From the IMG/VR virus record IMGVR_UViG_3300008262_000013: DNA of 64,000 bases, one strand, 5' to 3'. The stretch is from a virus (Duplodnaviria; Caudoviricetes). The position numbers and the translations under genes are program-made. A model generated the notes under the pieces. The model saw only the letters and a program-made list of their open reading frames with translations. It made no database searches and was not told where the DNA came from. Shown here in pieces: positions 53,455 to 63,208 of the stretch. How positions within the stretch are numbered: the first letter of the stretch is position 1; each line of letters begins with the position of its first letter.

Positions 53455-54105
53455 ATGAAACTAATACGAGAAACAGTAGAAAATGTAAAGTATATTAACG
53501 AAGCTGCCGAAAACGGTAGCAAAAAACTTTACATTGAAGGTACATTCTTAGTTGGCGAATCTGTCAACAAAAATAATAGAATGTACAAAATGGACACTTT
53601 GCGTAACGAAGTTGAACGATACAATCAAGAATTTATTTCTCAGAATCGTGCGTTAGGTGAACTTGGTCATCCCGATACTCCAACCATTAATCTAGAAAGA
53701 GTTAGTCATAAAATTCTTTCTTTAGTAGAAGATGGGAATACCTTTTATGGTAAAGCTTTGATTCTTGACACACCTTATGGTCAAATCGTTAAGAACTTTA
53801 TAGAAAATGATGTTACTTGTGGAGTTTCTTCAAGAGCTCTAGGATCTTTAGTACAGACTAAAGAAGGCTACAATTTGGTGCAAGATGATTTAAGACTTGC
53901 AACCGCAGCTGATATTGTTGCCGATCCTTCCGCTCCAGGTGCTTTTGTAAATGGTATTATGGAGAATAAAGAGTGGATGTTTGTTGACGGAATCTTCATG
54001 GAGAAACAATTTGACCAAGCCAAAAAACAGATTAAAAACGCATCCAAAAAAGATATCGAACAAGTTGCACTAAAACTATTTGAAAATTATATTAGAAATC
54101 TTTAA
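53455..54105 (+). CDS. gp21: Prohead protease gp21
   Basis: LYIEGTFL...NKNNRMY...RALGELGHP...GVSSRALGS...DIVADPSAPGAFVNGIME. Confidence 0.96.
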   Translation: MKLIRETVENVKYINEAAENGSKKLYIEGTFLVGESVNKNNRMYKMDTLRNEVERYNQEFISQNRALGELGHPDTPTINLERVSHKILSLVEDGNTFYGKALILDTPYGQIVKNFIENDVTCGVSSRALGSLVQTKEGYNLVQDDLRLATAADIVADPSAPGAFVNGIMENKEWMFVDGIFMEKQFDQAKKQIKNASKKDIEQVALKLFENYIRNL

Positions 54106-54108
54106 ATT

Positions 54109-54116
54109 TATAAATA
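54109..54116 (+). promoter_or_regulatory. Perfect T4 late promoter TATAAATA upstream of gp22
   Basis: Exact TATAAATA in the gp21-gp22 intergenic region, followed by AAGGAG RBS. Confidence 0.85.
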
Positions 54117-54138
54117 AAGAATCATAAGGAGAATCCAA

Positions 54139-55227
54139 ATGGCATCAAACAAACTCATGGAAGCGGCCGCTGAAATTCTTGCAAATAGCAAGAAATCTGC
54201 ATCAGCCATGCCTCCACAAAAATTAGGTGGTGAAGTACAAGACCTTGGTGGTCCTACTCCCCAGAACGCTAAACCAGACGATGATTCACACAAGATTCAT
54301 GCTTCTGCTAAAGCGCCTGACAATTCTGCAAAGAATAAGAGTACGATTACAACTAAGCCTTCAGACGCTTCACCTGATACCCAAAACAAAGCTGGTAAAA
54401 CCATGAAAGAAGAAGAAGAAGTTGCTGATGATGAAGTTATTGCCGAAGAAGAAACTTTGGACGAAACTTCACACAAAGAAGAAATGAAAAAGAAAATGAA
54501 AGAGGATATCGATGCGTTATTCTCTGACGATTCTACCATTTCTGAAGAATTCAAAACCAAAGCAGCTACTATTTTTGAAGCTCGTGTTCTTGACAGAGTT
54601 ACTCAAATCGAAGAAGAAATGGAAGTCGCATATGCTGGTATGTTAGAAGAAGCTATTGATTCTATCAAAGCTGATTTAACTGAAAAGGTTGATGACTACC
54701 TAAACTACGTTGTAGAACAGTGGATGGAAGAAAATCAAATTGCTATCCAATCTGGTCTACGTTCAGAAATTACCGAAGAATTCATTGTTGGTTTACGCAA
54801 TCTATTTGCTGAGCACTACATTGACGTACCTGAAGATAAAGTTGATCTAGTCGATGAACTTGCAGGTAAAGTTGAAGAGCTAGAAGATCAGTTAGATGAA
54901 GAAATCAAAACTAACATTGAATATAGAAAAGCAATTCTTGAATCTGTAAAAAGAGAAACAGTTTATGAAGTTTGCAAGGGACTTACCGAAACTCAAGTTG
55001 AAAAAATGAAATCACTCGCAGAGAGTATAGATTTTTCCACAGAGGAAGAACTAGTAGAAAAACTTGAGACAATTCGTGAGAACTATTTCCCATCAAACAT
55101 TAAGAAAGCTGATGAGACTCAATTACACGAGCAAGTGTCTGACGAAGCAGATGATAAGAAAGCAAAAGTATCTTTTGATCCAATTATCAATGCTGTCGTT
55201 CAATCGATTTCAAAAACAAAAATTTAA
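54139..55227 (+). CDS. gp22: Prohead scaffolding protein gp22
   Basis: Acidic; SEEFKTKAATIFEA...KVDDYLNYVVEQWMEEN..AI..GLRSEI.E.FI.GL..LF.EHYI. Confidence 0.92.
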   Translation: MASNKLMEAAAEILANSKKSASAMPPQKLGGEVQDLGGPTPQNAKPDDDSHKIHASAKAPDNSAKNKSTITTKPSDASPDTQNKAGKTMKEEEEVADDEVIAEEETLDETSHKEEMKKKMKEDIDALFSDDSTISEEFKTKAATIFEARVLDRVTQIEEEMEVAYAGMLEEAIDSIKADLTEKVDDYLNYVVEQWMEENQIAIQSGLRSEITEEFIVGLRNLFAEHYIDVPEDKVDLVDELAGKVEELEDQLDEEIKTNIEYRKAILESVKRETVYEVCKGLTETQVEKMKSLAESIDFSTEEELVEKLETIRENYFPSNIKKADETQLHEQVSDEADDKKAKVSFDPIINAVVQSISKTKI

Positions 55228-55245
55228 TAAACTAAGGAGTTAAAA

Positions 55246-56586
55246 ATGTATTTAACTGAAGAACTACAAAAGAAATGGGAAGCAGTGTTAGAGCACCCAG
55301 CTCTTCCTGCAATTAAAGACCCATATCGTAAGGCAGTTACCGCTCTTGTTCTTGAAAACCAAGCACAAGAAATGGTAAAATCTGGCGGCAGCGTACAGCA
55401 ACTTACAGAAGCAACACCAACCAACGCAGCTGGTACAGGTGGTTTTGGTGGCGCTGCTACTGCAACTGGTCCTGTTGCTGGTTTCGATCCAATCCTAATC
55501 AGTTTGGTTCGTCGTTCATTACCTAATCTTATCGCTTATGATATCTGCGGCGTTCAGCCAATGACTGGTCCTACAGGACTTATCTTCGCAATGAGAACTA
55601 TGTATGGTACTAATCGTGTTCCTGGTTCTGGTACTGAAGCGTTCTACAATGAAGCCGATACCGATTTTGCTGGTACAGGCGCTCACACTGCTTTATCACT
55701 TGCTGCTGATACATCACTTGGTAACGGTAACGTATTTGCATCAACAGTAACAACTGGTTCTGCTCTCGCAACCGCATCTGCTGAAGATTTATCTTTCGCA
55801 GAAATGGGTTTCTCAATTGAGAAAGTATCCGTAACTGCTAAGACCCGTGCTCTAAAAGCAGAGTACACAATGGAATTAGCACAAGACTTGAAAGCAGTTC
55901 ATGGTCTTGACGCTGAAACCGAATTAGCAAATATTCTTTCAACAGAAATTCTTGCTGAAATTAACCGTGAAGTTGTTCGTACAGTTTATTCGTCAGCTAA
56001 AGTTGGCGCACAAGTTGGTACAACAACTGCTGGTACTTTCGACCTAGACACCGATTCAAACGGTCGTTGGATGGTTGAAAAGATCAAAGGTCTTGCTTTC
56101 CAAGTTGAGCGTGAAGCTAACACTATTGCAAAGACTACTCGTCGTGGTAAAGGTAACATCATGATCTGTTCTTCAGATGTTGCTTCTGCTCTTGCAATGG
56201 CAGGTATTCTCGATTATAACTCAGCATTACAGGGTCAAGTTAACCTAACAGTTGATGATACTGGTAATACATTTGCTGGTACAATCTTCGGTCGTATCAA
56301 AGTTTACATCGATCCATACTTCCCAGCATCAGCATCTTCAGAATTTGCTGTAGTTGGTTACAAGGGTGCAAACGCTTATGACGCAGGTCTATTCTACTGC
56401 CCATACGTTCCTCTACAAATGGTTCGTGCAGTTGATACTGGTAACTTCCAGCCAAAGATTGGCTTCAAGACACGTTATGGTCTAGTTGCTAACCCATTTG
56501 CTGAAGGTACTACACAAGGTTCTGGCGTAATTACTGCCAAAACTAACTTGTACTATCGTGCATTTAAGATTGCTAACTTAATGTAA
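55246..56586 (+). CDS. gp23: Major capsid protein gp23
   Basis: DPILISLVRRSLPNLIAYDICGVQPMTGPTGLIFAMR...KTRALKAEYTMELAQDLKAVHGLDAE...YCPYVPL. Confidence 0.98.
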   Translation: MYLTEELQKKWEAVLEHPALPAIKDPYRKAVTALVLENQAQEMVKSGGSVQQLTEATPTNAAGTGGFGGAATATGPVAGFDPILISLVRRSLPNLIAYDICGVQPMTGPTGLIFAMRTMYGTNRVPGSGTEAFYNEADTDFAGTGAHTALSLAADTSLGNGNVFASTVTTGSALATASAEDLSFAEMGFSIEKVSVTAKTRALKAEYTMELAQDLKAVHGLDAETELANILSTEILAEINREVVRTVYSSAKVGAQVGTTTAGTFDLDTDSNGRWMVEKIKGLAFQVEREANTIAKTTRRGKGNIMICSSDVASALAMAGILDYNSALQGQVNLTVDDTGNTFAGTIFGRIKVYIDPYFPASASSEFAVVGYKGANAYDAGLFYCPYVPLQMVRAVDTGNFQPKIGFKTRYGLVANPFAEGTTQGSGVITAKTNLYYRAFKIANLM

Positions 56587-56631
56587 TCTTAAAAACAAAA
56601 CACAAAACATAATAATAATTATAATGTGTTT

Positions 56632-56663
56632 AAAGAGAGACTGTAAAAAGTCTCTCTTTTTTT
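56632..56663 (+). terminator. Intrinsic terminator after gp23
   Basis: Stem AAAGAGAGACT / AGTCTCTCTTT with a 6-nt loop, running into a T-tract. Confidence 0.85.
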
Positions 56664-56670
56664 ATGGCGC

Positions 56671-56677
56671 ATAAATA
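56671..56677 (+). promoter_or_regulatory. T4-type late promoter
   Basis: CATAAATA just downstream of the gp23 terminator; probably drives 56683.. and gp3. Confidence 0.6.
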
Positions 56678-56682
56678 AGAAT

Positions 56683-56928
56683 ATGAAAACTTTTATTCAA
56701 TACACTTTAGAAGAAGGCCAACATTGGAGAGATATTCCTGTTGGTAAACATCATGTGAAAAACAAAATGAATATTACTTTTCATGATGATAGAATGGAAA
56801 TTCATCATGGACCTGAACTGAAGTACAGTAAAAAAGGTGATTACAGTAAACCAACAAATTTACATCTACAAACTGCCGCGTCTATAATAACAAAATTACA
56901 TAAAAGCGGTAAAAATTGGGAAGATTGA
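56683..56928 (+). CDS. Small hypothetical protein (MKTFxxY..EE N-terminus)
   Basis: 81-aa ORF; the N-terminal MKTF...LEE pattern is typical of small capsid-internal proteins of T4-like phages. Confidence 0.6.
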   Translation: MKTFIQYTLEEGQHWRDIPVGKHHVKNKMNITFHDDRMEIHHGPELKYSKKGDYSKPTNLHLQTAASIITKLHKSGKNWED

Positions 56929-56938
56929 AAAATAATCT

Positions 56939-57469
56939 ATGACTGCTATCACAAGAAACCCATCAAATCCAAATTTTTTACAACCTAATAAGTTTATATT
57001 AACTTTTAGTAGGTTACCCAACATTCAGTATTTTTGCCAAACGGTTACTGTGCCTGGTATTTCAATGTCAGAGATACCACAATTCACACCTTTCGTAGAT
57101 GCATATTTGCCTGGCGAGAAAGCCATATACGATTTATTGAATGTTACGTTTATGGTAGATGAGAACTTGACATCTTGGAAAGAAGTGCATGATTGGATAC
57201 GTGCAATGACTTTCCCAGAAAACTTTGATGAATATAAAAATTTGGCAAATTTAAATCCTAACAGATCACAAAGATTAAAACCACAATATTCGGATGCCAA
57301 GATAGTTTTACTATCTTCTTCTAATAGGCCTGTAGTTGAGTTTGTTTTTTATGATGTTTTTCCTACCTCATTGAGTACTATTATACTCTCATCACAAGAA
57401 ACTCCAGATAGTCCAGTCACTTCAGATGCAACATTTAGGTACACTTATTATGATATAAAATATGTTTGA
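56939..57469 (+). CDS. gp3: Tail completion/tube terminator protein gp3
   Basis: NPNFLQPNKF...NIQYFCQ....PGIS...LNVTF.VDE.L..WKE.HDWI...FPTSLS. Confidence 0.88.
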   Translation: MTAITRNPSNPNFLQPNKFILTFSRLPNIQYFCQTVTVPGISMSEIPQFTPFVDAYLPGEKAIYDLLNVTFMVDENLTSWKEVHDWIRAMTFPENFDEYKNLANLNPNRSQRLKPQYSDAKIVLLSSSNRPVVEFVFYDVFPTSLSTIILSSQETPDSPVTSDATFRYTYYDIKYV

Positions 57470-57494
57470 CATTTACTAATACATGTAGTATAAT
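57466..57494 (+). promoter_or_regulatory. Consensus sigma70 (early) promoter for uvsY-uvsW
   Basis: TTGACA (57466-57471), 17-nt spacer, TATAAT (57489-57494), then AGGAGG RBS at 57501-57506. Confidence 0.9.
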
Positions 57495-57511
57495 GTCATT
57501 AGGAGGATATT

Positions 57512-57946
57512 ATGAAACAATTGGAAGAATTATTGGAATTATGGCGACAAGATTGTGATATTGATCGTACCGAACCTGATAGAGAACTTTTAAATATACC
57601 CAAACTTCATAGTAAGTATTTAAACATACTTTCTAGGCATCGTTTACTTTCCAAAGAGTCTGAGTTTAAATATAACAAAATGAAGAAAGTAAAGTGGGAA
57701 TATTATACAGGCAAATTAGATGACGATGATCTTAAAGAAAGAGGATGGGAACCTTTTCCTTTCGTGTTGAAATCCGAGATCAATACATATTTGGATAGTG
57801 ATGAAGATTTAAACAAATATTTAGCAAATAAAATAATGCATGATGAAATTGTTGACCTATGTACTGCAATCTTAAAAGAGTTGAATAGTAGAACCTTTCA
57901 ACTTAGAGATTACATAAGTTGGCAAAAATTTATACAGGGTATATAA
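57512..57946 (+). CDS. uvsY: Recombination mediator UvsY
   Basis: W..D..ID.......L..PKLHSKYL...KWEYYTGK....F..VLK..I..YL..DEDL...I..RTFQ...I.W.KF..G. Confidence 0.92.
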   Translation: MKQLEELLELWRQDCDIDRTEPDRELLNIPKLHSKYLNILSRHRLLSKESEFKYNKMKKVKWEYYTGKLDDDDLKERGWEPFPFVLKSEINTYLDSDEDLNKYLANKIMHDEIVDLCTAILKELNSRTFQLRDYISWQKFIQGI

Positions 57947-59410
57947 TTGACTGATACTATTATTCTTCGTAAAAAGAACGAATCTTTTATACATTTTGAA
58001 TGTGAAAAAAGTGTAGCACAGGAACTTTCAGAGTACTTTACTTTTTATGTTCCTGGTTACCAATTTACTCCAGCATACAAAAATAAAATTTGGGATGGTA
58101 AAATTCGATTGGCTGACCTTCGAACGTTTACTATGTACCATGGTCTTGTTCCTTATATCGACAAGTTTTGTAAAGAACGTGAGTATAATCTAGAAATAGA
58201 TTCTGATGTGGTAAACACGGAGAATTTTTCTCTTGTTGAAGCAGTAGACTTTGTAAAGACATTAAATCTTCCTTTTGAGATTCGTGATTATCAATTACAA
58301 GCATTTGTACATGCAATTCGTAATAAAAGAATTTTATTATTGTCACCAACAGCATCAGGTAAATCTTTAATACTTTATTGTATAGTAACTTACTTACAGT
58401 ATTCAGACTTTAAAAAAGGTTTGTTAATTGTTCCAACAACATCACTTGTAGAACAAATGTATAAAGACTTTCAGGATTATGGATACGATTCTGATTCTTT
58501 TTGTCATCGTCAATATTCTGGTAAAGAAAAACACACAGATAAATTTTTGACTATCACCACTTGGCAGTCTATTTACAAAAATGAACCTGAGTACTTCGAA
58601 CAATTTGATTTTGTATTAGGTGATGAGGCTCATCAATTTAAAGCCAAATCGTTAGCAACGATTTTGTCAGGTTGTGTAAATGCCAAATATAGAATTGGTA
58701 CAACAGGTACATTAGACGGTACACAAACACACAGATTGGTATTAGAAGGACTTTTTGGTCCTGTTTATAAAGCAACATCTACGTCGGAATTAATTGCATC
58801 TAAACAACTTGCAGATTTTAAAATTAAATGCCTCATTCTCAAATATGCGGATAATGTATGTCAGGCAGCAAGAAAGTGGGATTATAATTCCGAACTAGAA
58901 TACATAGTATTAAATGAAGCTAGAAATAAATTCATAAAAAATTTAGTGTTATCTTTAGAAGGTAACACTCTTGTACTTTTTCAATTTGTAGAAAAACATG
59001 GTAAAGAATTATATAAAATTATTAAAGAGTCTACTAAAGATAGACATGTATTTTTTGTTTTTGGTGGAACAGATGTCGAAATACGGGAATCAGTTCGTGA
59101 GATTACTGAGAAGCAAAGAGATGCAATCATTGTTGCTAGTTACGGGACTTTCTCTACTGGCGTTAATATCCGCAACTTACATAATATTGTTTTCGCCTCA
59201 CCTTCTAAATCAAGAGTTCGGAATTTACAATCGATAGGACGAGGACTAAGAAAGGGTGATAACAAAGAACAAGCTGTGTTGTTTGATATTGTCGATGATA
59301 TGAGAATAGGCAAATTTACCAATTTCACCTTGAATCATTTCATAGAACGTGTTAAAATATACGATGAAGAAAAATTCAACTACAAGTTTTACAACATAGA
59401 GCTCAAATGA
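57947..59410 (+). CDS. uvsW: DNA helicase UvsW
   Basis: TTG start; WDGKIRL, SPTASGKS, GDEAH, GTTGT, ASYGTFSTGVNI and LQSIGRGLR. Confidence 0.96.
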   Translation: MTDTIILRKKNESFIHFECEKSVAQELSEYFTFYVPGYQFTPAYKNKIWDGKIRLADLRTFTMYHGLVPYIDKFCKEREYNLEIDSDVVNTENFSLVEAVDFVKTLNLPFEIRDYQLQAFVHAIRNKRILLLSPTASGKSLILYCIVTYLQYSDFKKGLLIVPTTSLVEQMYKDFQDYGYDSDSFCHRQYSGKEKHTDKFLTITTWQSIYKNEPEYFEQFDFVLGDEAHQFKAKSLATILSGCVNAKYRIGTTGTLDGTQTHRLVLEGLFGPVYKATSTSELIASKQLADFKIKCLILKYADNVCQAARKWDYNSELEYIVLNEARNKFIKNLVLSLEGNTLVLFQFVEKHGKELYKIIKESTKDRHVFFVFGGTDVEIRESVREITEKQRDAIIVASYGTFSTGVNIRNLHNIVFASPSKSRVRNLQSIGRGLRKGDNKEQAVLFDIVDDMRIGKFTNFTLNHFIERVKIYDEEKFNYKFYNIELK

Positions 59411-59823
59411 ATAATCAACCAATAATAAAGATAGTACGACTTCAAACTGGTGAAGATATTATTTCCAAGATAACTGAAGATGATGATAGTGATATGGTAT
59501 TATTAAACAACCCAATGAGAATGATAGTAAAGAGGGTTGAAACAGGACAATCTGTTTTTATGATGATGCCTTGGTTGCCAATAGAAGTAATTAAGGAAGA
59601 TTCTGCAATCATATACAATTCAGATATTGTTACTATGATAGAACCAAAAGACTCTCTTGTTGAATATTATCAGAGTATGGTAAATGAATCAATTCTTTCT
59701 TTGTTACATAGTGAGGAAATGTCTTTTGAGGAAGAAGAAACTGAAGAAGATGAAGAATACGAATTAACTGAAGAAGAACTTAAAGAGATAGAAGAATACA
59801 GAAGGAACAAAAGACTTCATTAA
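59407..59823 (+). CDS. Conserved hypothetical (Sm-like fold) protein between uvsW and gp55
   Basis: KIVRLQTGEDIIS...LNNP...PW pattern; acidic tail; syntenic position. Confidence 0.65.
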   Translation: MNNQPIIKIVRLQTGEDIISKITEDDDSDMVLLNNPMRMIVKRVETGQSVFMMMPWLPIEVIKEDSAIIYNSDIVTMIEPKDSLVEYYQSMVNESILSLLHSEEMSFEEEETEEDEEYELTEEELKEIEEYRRNKRLH

Positions 59824-59891
59824 TCTTCATACGGAACACCGCTAGTTTAACACTTGTCAAGCACTTTGTCAACACATTTATAGGTAATAAT

Positions 59892-60422
59892 ATGGCTAAA
59901 TCGAATCACTACATTAATAACGCAGACTTTCTTGCAGCACTGGTACAATACCATAAAGATTGTGCAGATGCTAAAGAGAATAAGACAGAAGAACCTTCTA
60001 TACCAAATTACATTGGAGAATGTTTTCTTAAAATTGCAGAACACCTTTCCAGAAAGCCTAATTTTATTTCTTATACTTTCCGTGATGAAATGATTGCTGA
60101 TGGTATTGAAAACTGCCTAATGTATTTCCGCAACTTTGATCCGGCAAAGAGTAATAATCCATTTGCTTATTTTACTCAAATCATATATTATGCATTTCTC
60201 CGTAGAATTATGAAAGAGAAGAAACAATTATATGTGAAGTATAAGGCAACTCAACAGTTTGGATTGCTCGATGAAGGTGAAATGTATGAGGATGAAAACG
60301 GTAACATGAAACAGTTTGAACTCTATGACAATATTTCCGAATTCATACACAACTTTGAAGAAAATAAAAGAAAGAAAAAAGAAAGTAAGACTAAAGGTAT
60401 AGACAACTTTGTAGAAGAATAA
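59892..60422 (+). CDS. gp55: Late-transcription sigma factor gp55
   Basis: HYINNADFL...YIGECFLKIAEHLS.KPNF..YTFRDEMIADGIENC..Y..NFDP.KS.NPFAYFTQI.Y.AFLRRI.KEKKQ. Confidence 0.96.
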   Translation: MAKSNHYINNADFLAALVQYHKDCADAKENKTEEPSIPNYIGECFLKIAEHLSRKPNFISYTFRDEMIADGIENCLMYFRNFDPAKSNNPFAYFTQIIYYAFLRRIMKEKKQLYVKYKATQQFGLLDEGEMYEDENGNMKQFELYDNISEFIHNFEENKRKKKESKTKGIDNFVEE

Positions 60423-60425
60423 TTT

Positions 60426-61496
60426 ATGAAATTATGTATATTGGGTGATACACATTTTGGAGCAAGAGGAGATTCGTTGGATTTCCATAACTATTTCAAG
60501 AAATTTTATGATGATGTATTTTTTCCTTACCTTGTAGAAAATAAAATTAATGTAGTTGTTCAAATGGGTGATCTATTTGATAGGCGAAAGTTTATTAATT
60601 TTAATTCCCTATATCTTTCCAGAAAATACTTTTTCGATAAACTCAAAGAGAACAACATCAACCTGTATACATTAATTGGTAATCATGATGTTGCATTTAA
60701 AAATACACTTGAGGTAAACTCACCATCACTGTTATTAAATGAATATGATAATGTTTTCCTTATAGAAGATTTTCATACAGAAAACTTTGAAGGTGTTTCG
60801 GTTGATATCGTTCCTTGGATTTGTTCCGATAATGAAGAAGAAATATTCCAAAAGATAAAGAATAGTAAATCACAAATTTGTTTTGGGCATTTTGAGATAG
60901 ATGGTTTTGAAATGGATCGTGGCAATGTTCATCAAGGTGGGCTTGACAGAAAGACATTATCAAAGTATGATATAGTGTTGAGTGGACACTTTCACCATAA
61001 ATCTTCTTCGGATAATATTACATATGTCGGTACTCCTTATGAAATGACCTGGTCAGATTATAATGATCCCAAAGGATTTCATATCTTTGATACCGAAACG
61101 AGAGAGATGAAATTTGTGAAGAATAATTTTTCTATCTTTCATAAAATAATGTATGATGATACGAATCATGATTTTGAATATTGGAAAGAATATGACTTTT
61201 CTAAGTATAAAGAAACATATGTAAAGTTGGTGGTGTTGAATAAACAAAATCCTTTCTTATTTGAACATGTGTTAGACAATCTATATAAGATTGGTGTAAG
61301 TGATTTATCAATCGTAGAAGATTTCAGTGATACCGTTATAGGTGACGATCAAGATATTATTGATCAGGCTGAAGATACACTTACGATTCTATCCAAATAT
61401 ATCGACAATCTAGAACTAGATGTTGAGAGTGATAAATTAAAAATTGTTATGCGTGAACTTTATGTTGAAGCATTAAATACTGAGGTATCTGATTAG
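60426..61496 (+). CDS. gp47: Recombination endonuclease subunit gp47 (Mre11/SbcD-like)
   Basis: LGDTHFG, MGDLFDRR, IGNHD, GHFE and SGHFH phosphoesterase motifs. Confidence 0.95.
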   Translation: MKLCILGDTHFGARGDSLDFHNYFKKFYDDVFFPYLVENKINVVVQMGDLFDRRKFINFNSLYLSRKYFFDKLKENNINLYTLIGNHDVAFKNTLEVNSPSLLLNEYDNVFLIEDFHTENFEGVSVDIVPWICSDNEEEIFQKIKNSKSQICFGHFEIDGFEMDRGNVHQGGLDRKTLSKYDIVLSGHFHHKSSSDNITYVGTPYEMTWSDYNDPKGFHIFDTETREMKFVKNNFSIFHKIMYDDTNHDFEYWKEYDFSKYKETYVKLVVLNKQNPFLFEHVLDNLYKIGVSDLSIVEDFSDTVIGDDQDIIDQAEDTLTILSKYIDNLELDVESDKLKIVMRELYVEALNTEVSD

Positions 61497-63208
61497 TGAT
61501 AATTTTTCGTAATATTAGATGGAAAAATTTATTAAGCACTGGTAATAGTTTTACTGAAGTCAAATTAGATAATATCAGTAATACTTTAATTGTTGGTGAA
61601 AATGGTTCAGGTAAGTCAACCTTACTTGATGCTCTTTGCTTTGCACTCTTTGGTAAAGCATTTAGAAATATCAATAAACCCAATCTAGTAAACTCTATTA
61701 ATGGTAAAGAAACCGTAGTAGAAGTAGAGTTTAGTACTAACAATAAAACGTATAAAATTATACGTGGTATTAAACCAAACATCTTTGAAATCTATTGTAA
61801 TAATGAATTAATAAATCAAGAAGCTGCATCAAGAGATTACCAAGATTACTTGGAAAGATTTGTTCTGAAAATGAACTATAAGTCTTTCACTCAGATTGTT
61901 ATTTTGGGATCTGCATCATTTACACCATTCATGCAATTATCTTCTTCTGATCGTAGAACAATCATTGAAGATTTGTTGGATATTCAAATCTTTAGCACAA
62001 TGAATGGTATAGTTAAACAAAGAATTTCAACAAACAAAGAAAATATCACCGTTAAAAAGAGTGATATAGAGTTGCAGACACAAGAATACAAACTAAAGAA
62101 AGAACATTTAGATAAATTAAATCAAGATGTTGAGTCTAAGGTAAAAGAATATGAAACTGAAATACAAGTCAATAATGATACCCTTGAATCATTACACACA
62201 GAAATTCAAACATTTGCAAATACAATTTCAGAATTGCAAACAACCGTTGAACAAAAGATTGATGTCGAAAGTAAAGTTAAGAAAATCACTAAACTTGAGT
62301 CGCAAATTGAAAACAACATATCCAAATTCAACAAAGATATTGATTTTTTCCGACATCATGATGATTGTCCAACGTGCAGACAAGCCATTGCCTTGGAGAT
62401 TAAAGAAAGAGAAATTGAATCACTTACTGGAAAAGTCGAACAATCTCAGCAAGGTCTTACTGAACTTGAAACTAGACTCAATGATGAACAGACAAAATTA
62501 AATGATATACTAGAGAAACAAAAAGAGATACAGAAACTTCAAGTTGAAGTTGCAACAAAAAATGCATCGATTACAGGTATAAACAAATACCTACAGAAAT
62601 TAAACACACTTATCAATGAACTTAAAACTTCAAAGGTAAACACACACAAAGATGAATTGTCACTTAAGGCATTGAAAGACTCTTTAAGTATTTTGGAAAA
62701 AGAACTAAAAGAATTGATTGATGAAAAGACTTATTGTGAGGCTGCATCCAATTTATTAAAAGATACTGGCATCAAAACTAAAATTATAAAACAGTATTTA
62801 CCTATTATCAATAAATTGGTAAATAAGTATTTGTCATCATTAGATTTTTTTGTAAATTTTAATCTTGACGAATCGTTTAAAGAAACGATTAAGTCCCGCC
62901 ATCGTGACGATTTTTCATATCATAACTTCTCTGAAGGTGAAAAACAGAGAATTGATATGGCATTGATGTTAACCTGGCGTGCTGTGGCTAAACTCAAGAA
63001 TTCTTCGAATACCAATCTATTGATACTTGATGAAACTTTTGATTCAAGTCTAGATTCGAATGGTACAGAAGAATTGATGAAACTTCTACAGCTGTTAGAA
63101 GATGTAAACCTGTTTGTTATCTCCCACAAAGGAGATATATTGCAGGATAAATTTATGAACGTAATTAAATTTACAAAAGAAAAGAATTTTTCAAGGATAG
63201 TCAAATGA
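61496..63208 (+). CDS. gp46: Recombination ATPase subunit gp46 (Rad50/SbcC-like)
   Basis: GTG start; GENGSGKS Walker A, CPTC zinc hook, FSEGEK signature, LDETFD and ISH. Confidence 0.96.
   Translation: MIIFRNIRWKNLLSTGNSFTEVKLDNISNTLIVGENGSGKSTLLDALCFALFGKAFRNINKPNLVNSINGKETVVEVEFSTNNKTYKIIRGIKPNIFEIYCNNELINQEAASRDYQDYLERFVLKMNYKSFTQIVILGSASFTPFMQLSSSDRRTIIEDLLDIQIFSTMNGIVKQRISTNKENITVKKSDIELQTQEYKLKKEHLDKLNQDVESKVKEYETEIQVNNDTLESLHTEIQTFANTISELQTTVEQKIDVESKVKKITKLESQIENNISKFNKDIDFFRHHDDCPTCRQAIALEIKEREIESLTGKVEQSQQGLTELETRLNDEQTKLNDILEKQKEIQKLQVEVATKNASITGINKYLQKLNTLINELKTSKVNTHKDELSLKALKDSLSILEKELKELIDEKTYCEAASNLLKDTGIKTKIIKQYLPIINKLVNKYLSSLDFFVNFNLDESFKETIKSRHRDDFSYHNFSEGEKQRIDMALMLTWRAVAKLKNSSNTNLLILDETFDSSLDSNGTEELMKLLQLLEDVNLFVISHKGDILQDKFMNVIKFTKEKNFSRIVK

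Noticed and set aside
45920-63208. Inteins, introns or homing endonucleases in gp17, gp20, gp23, uvsW, gp46/47
   Set aside because: All have ordinary lengths and continuous motifs; no LAGLIDADG/HNH/GIY-YIG or intein signatures were seen.
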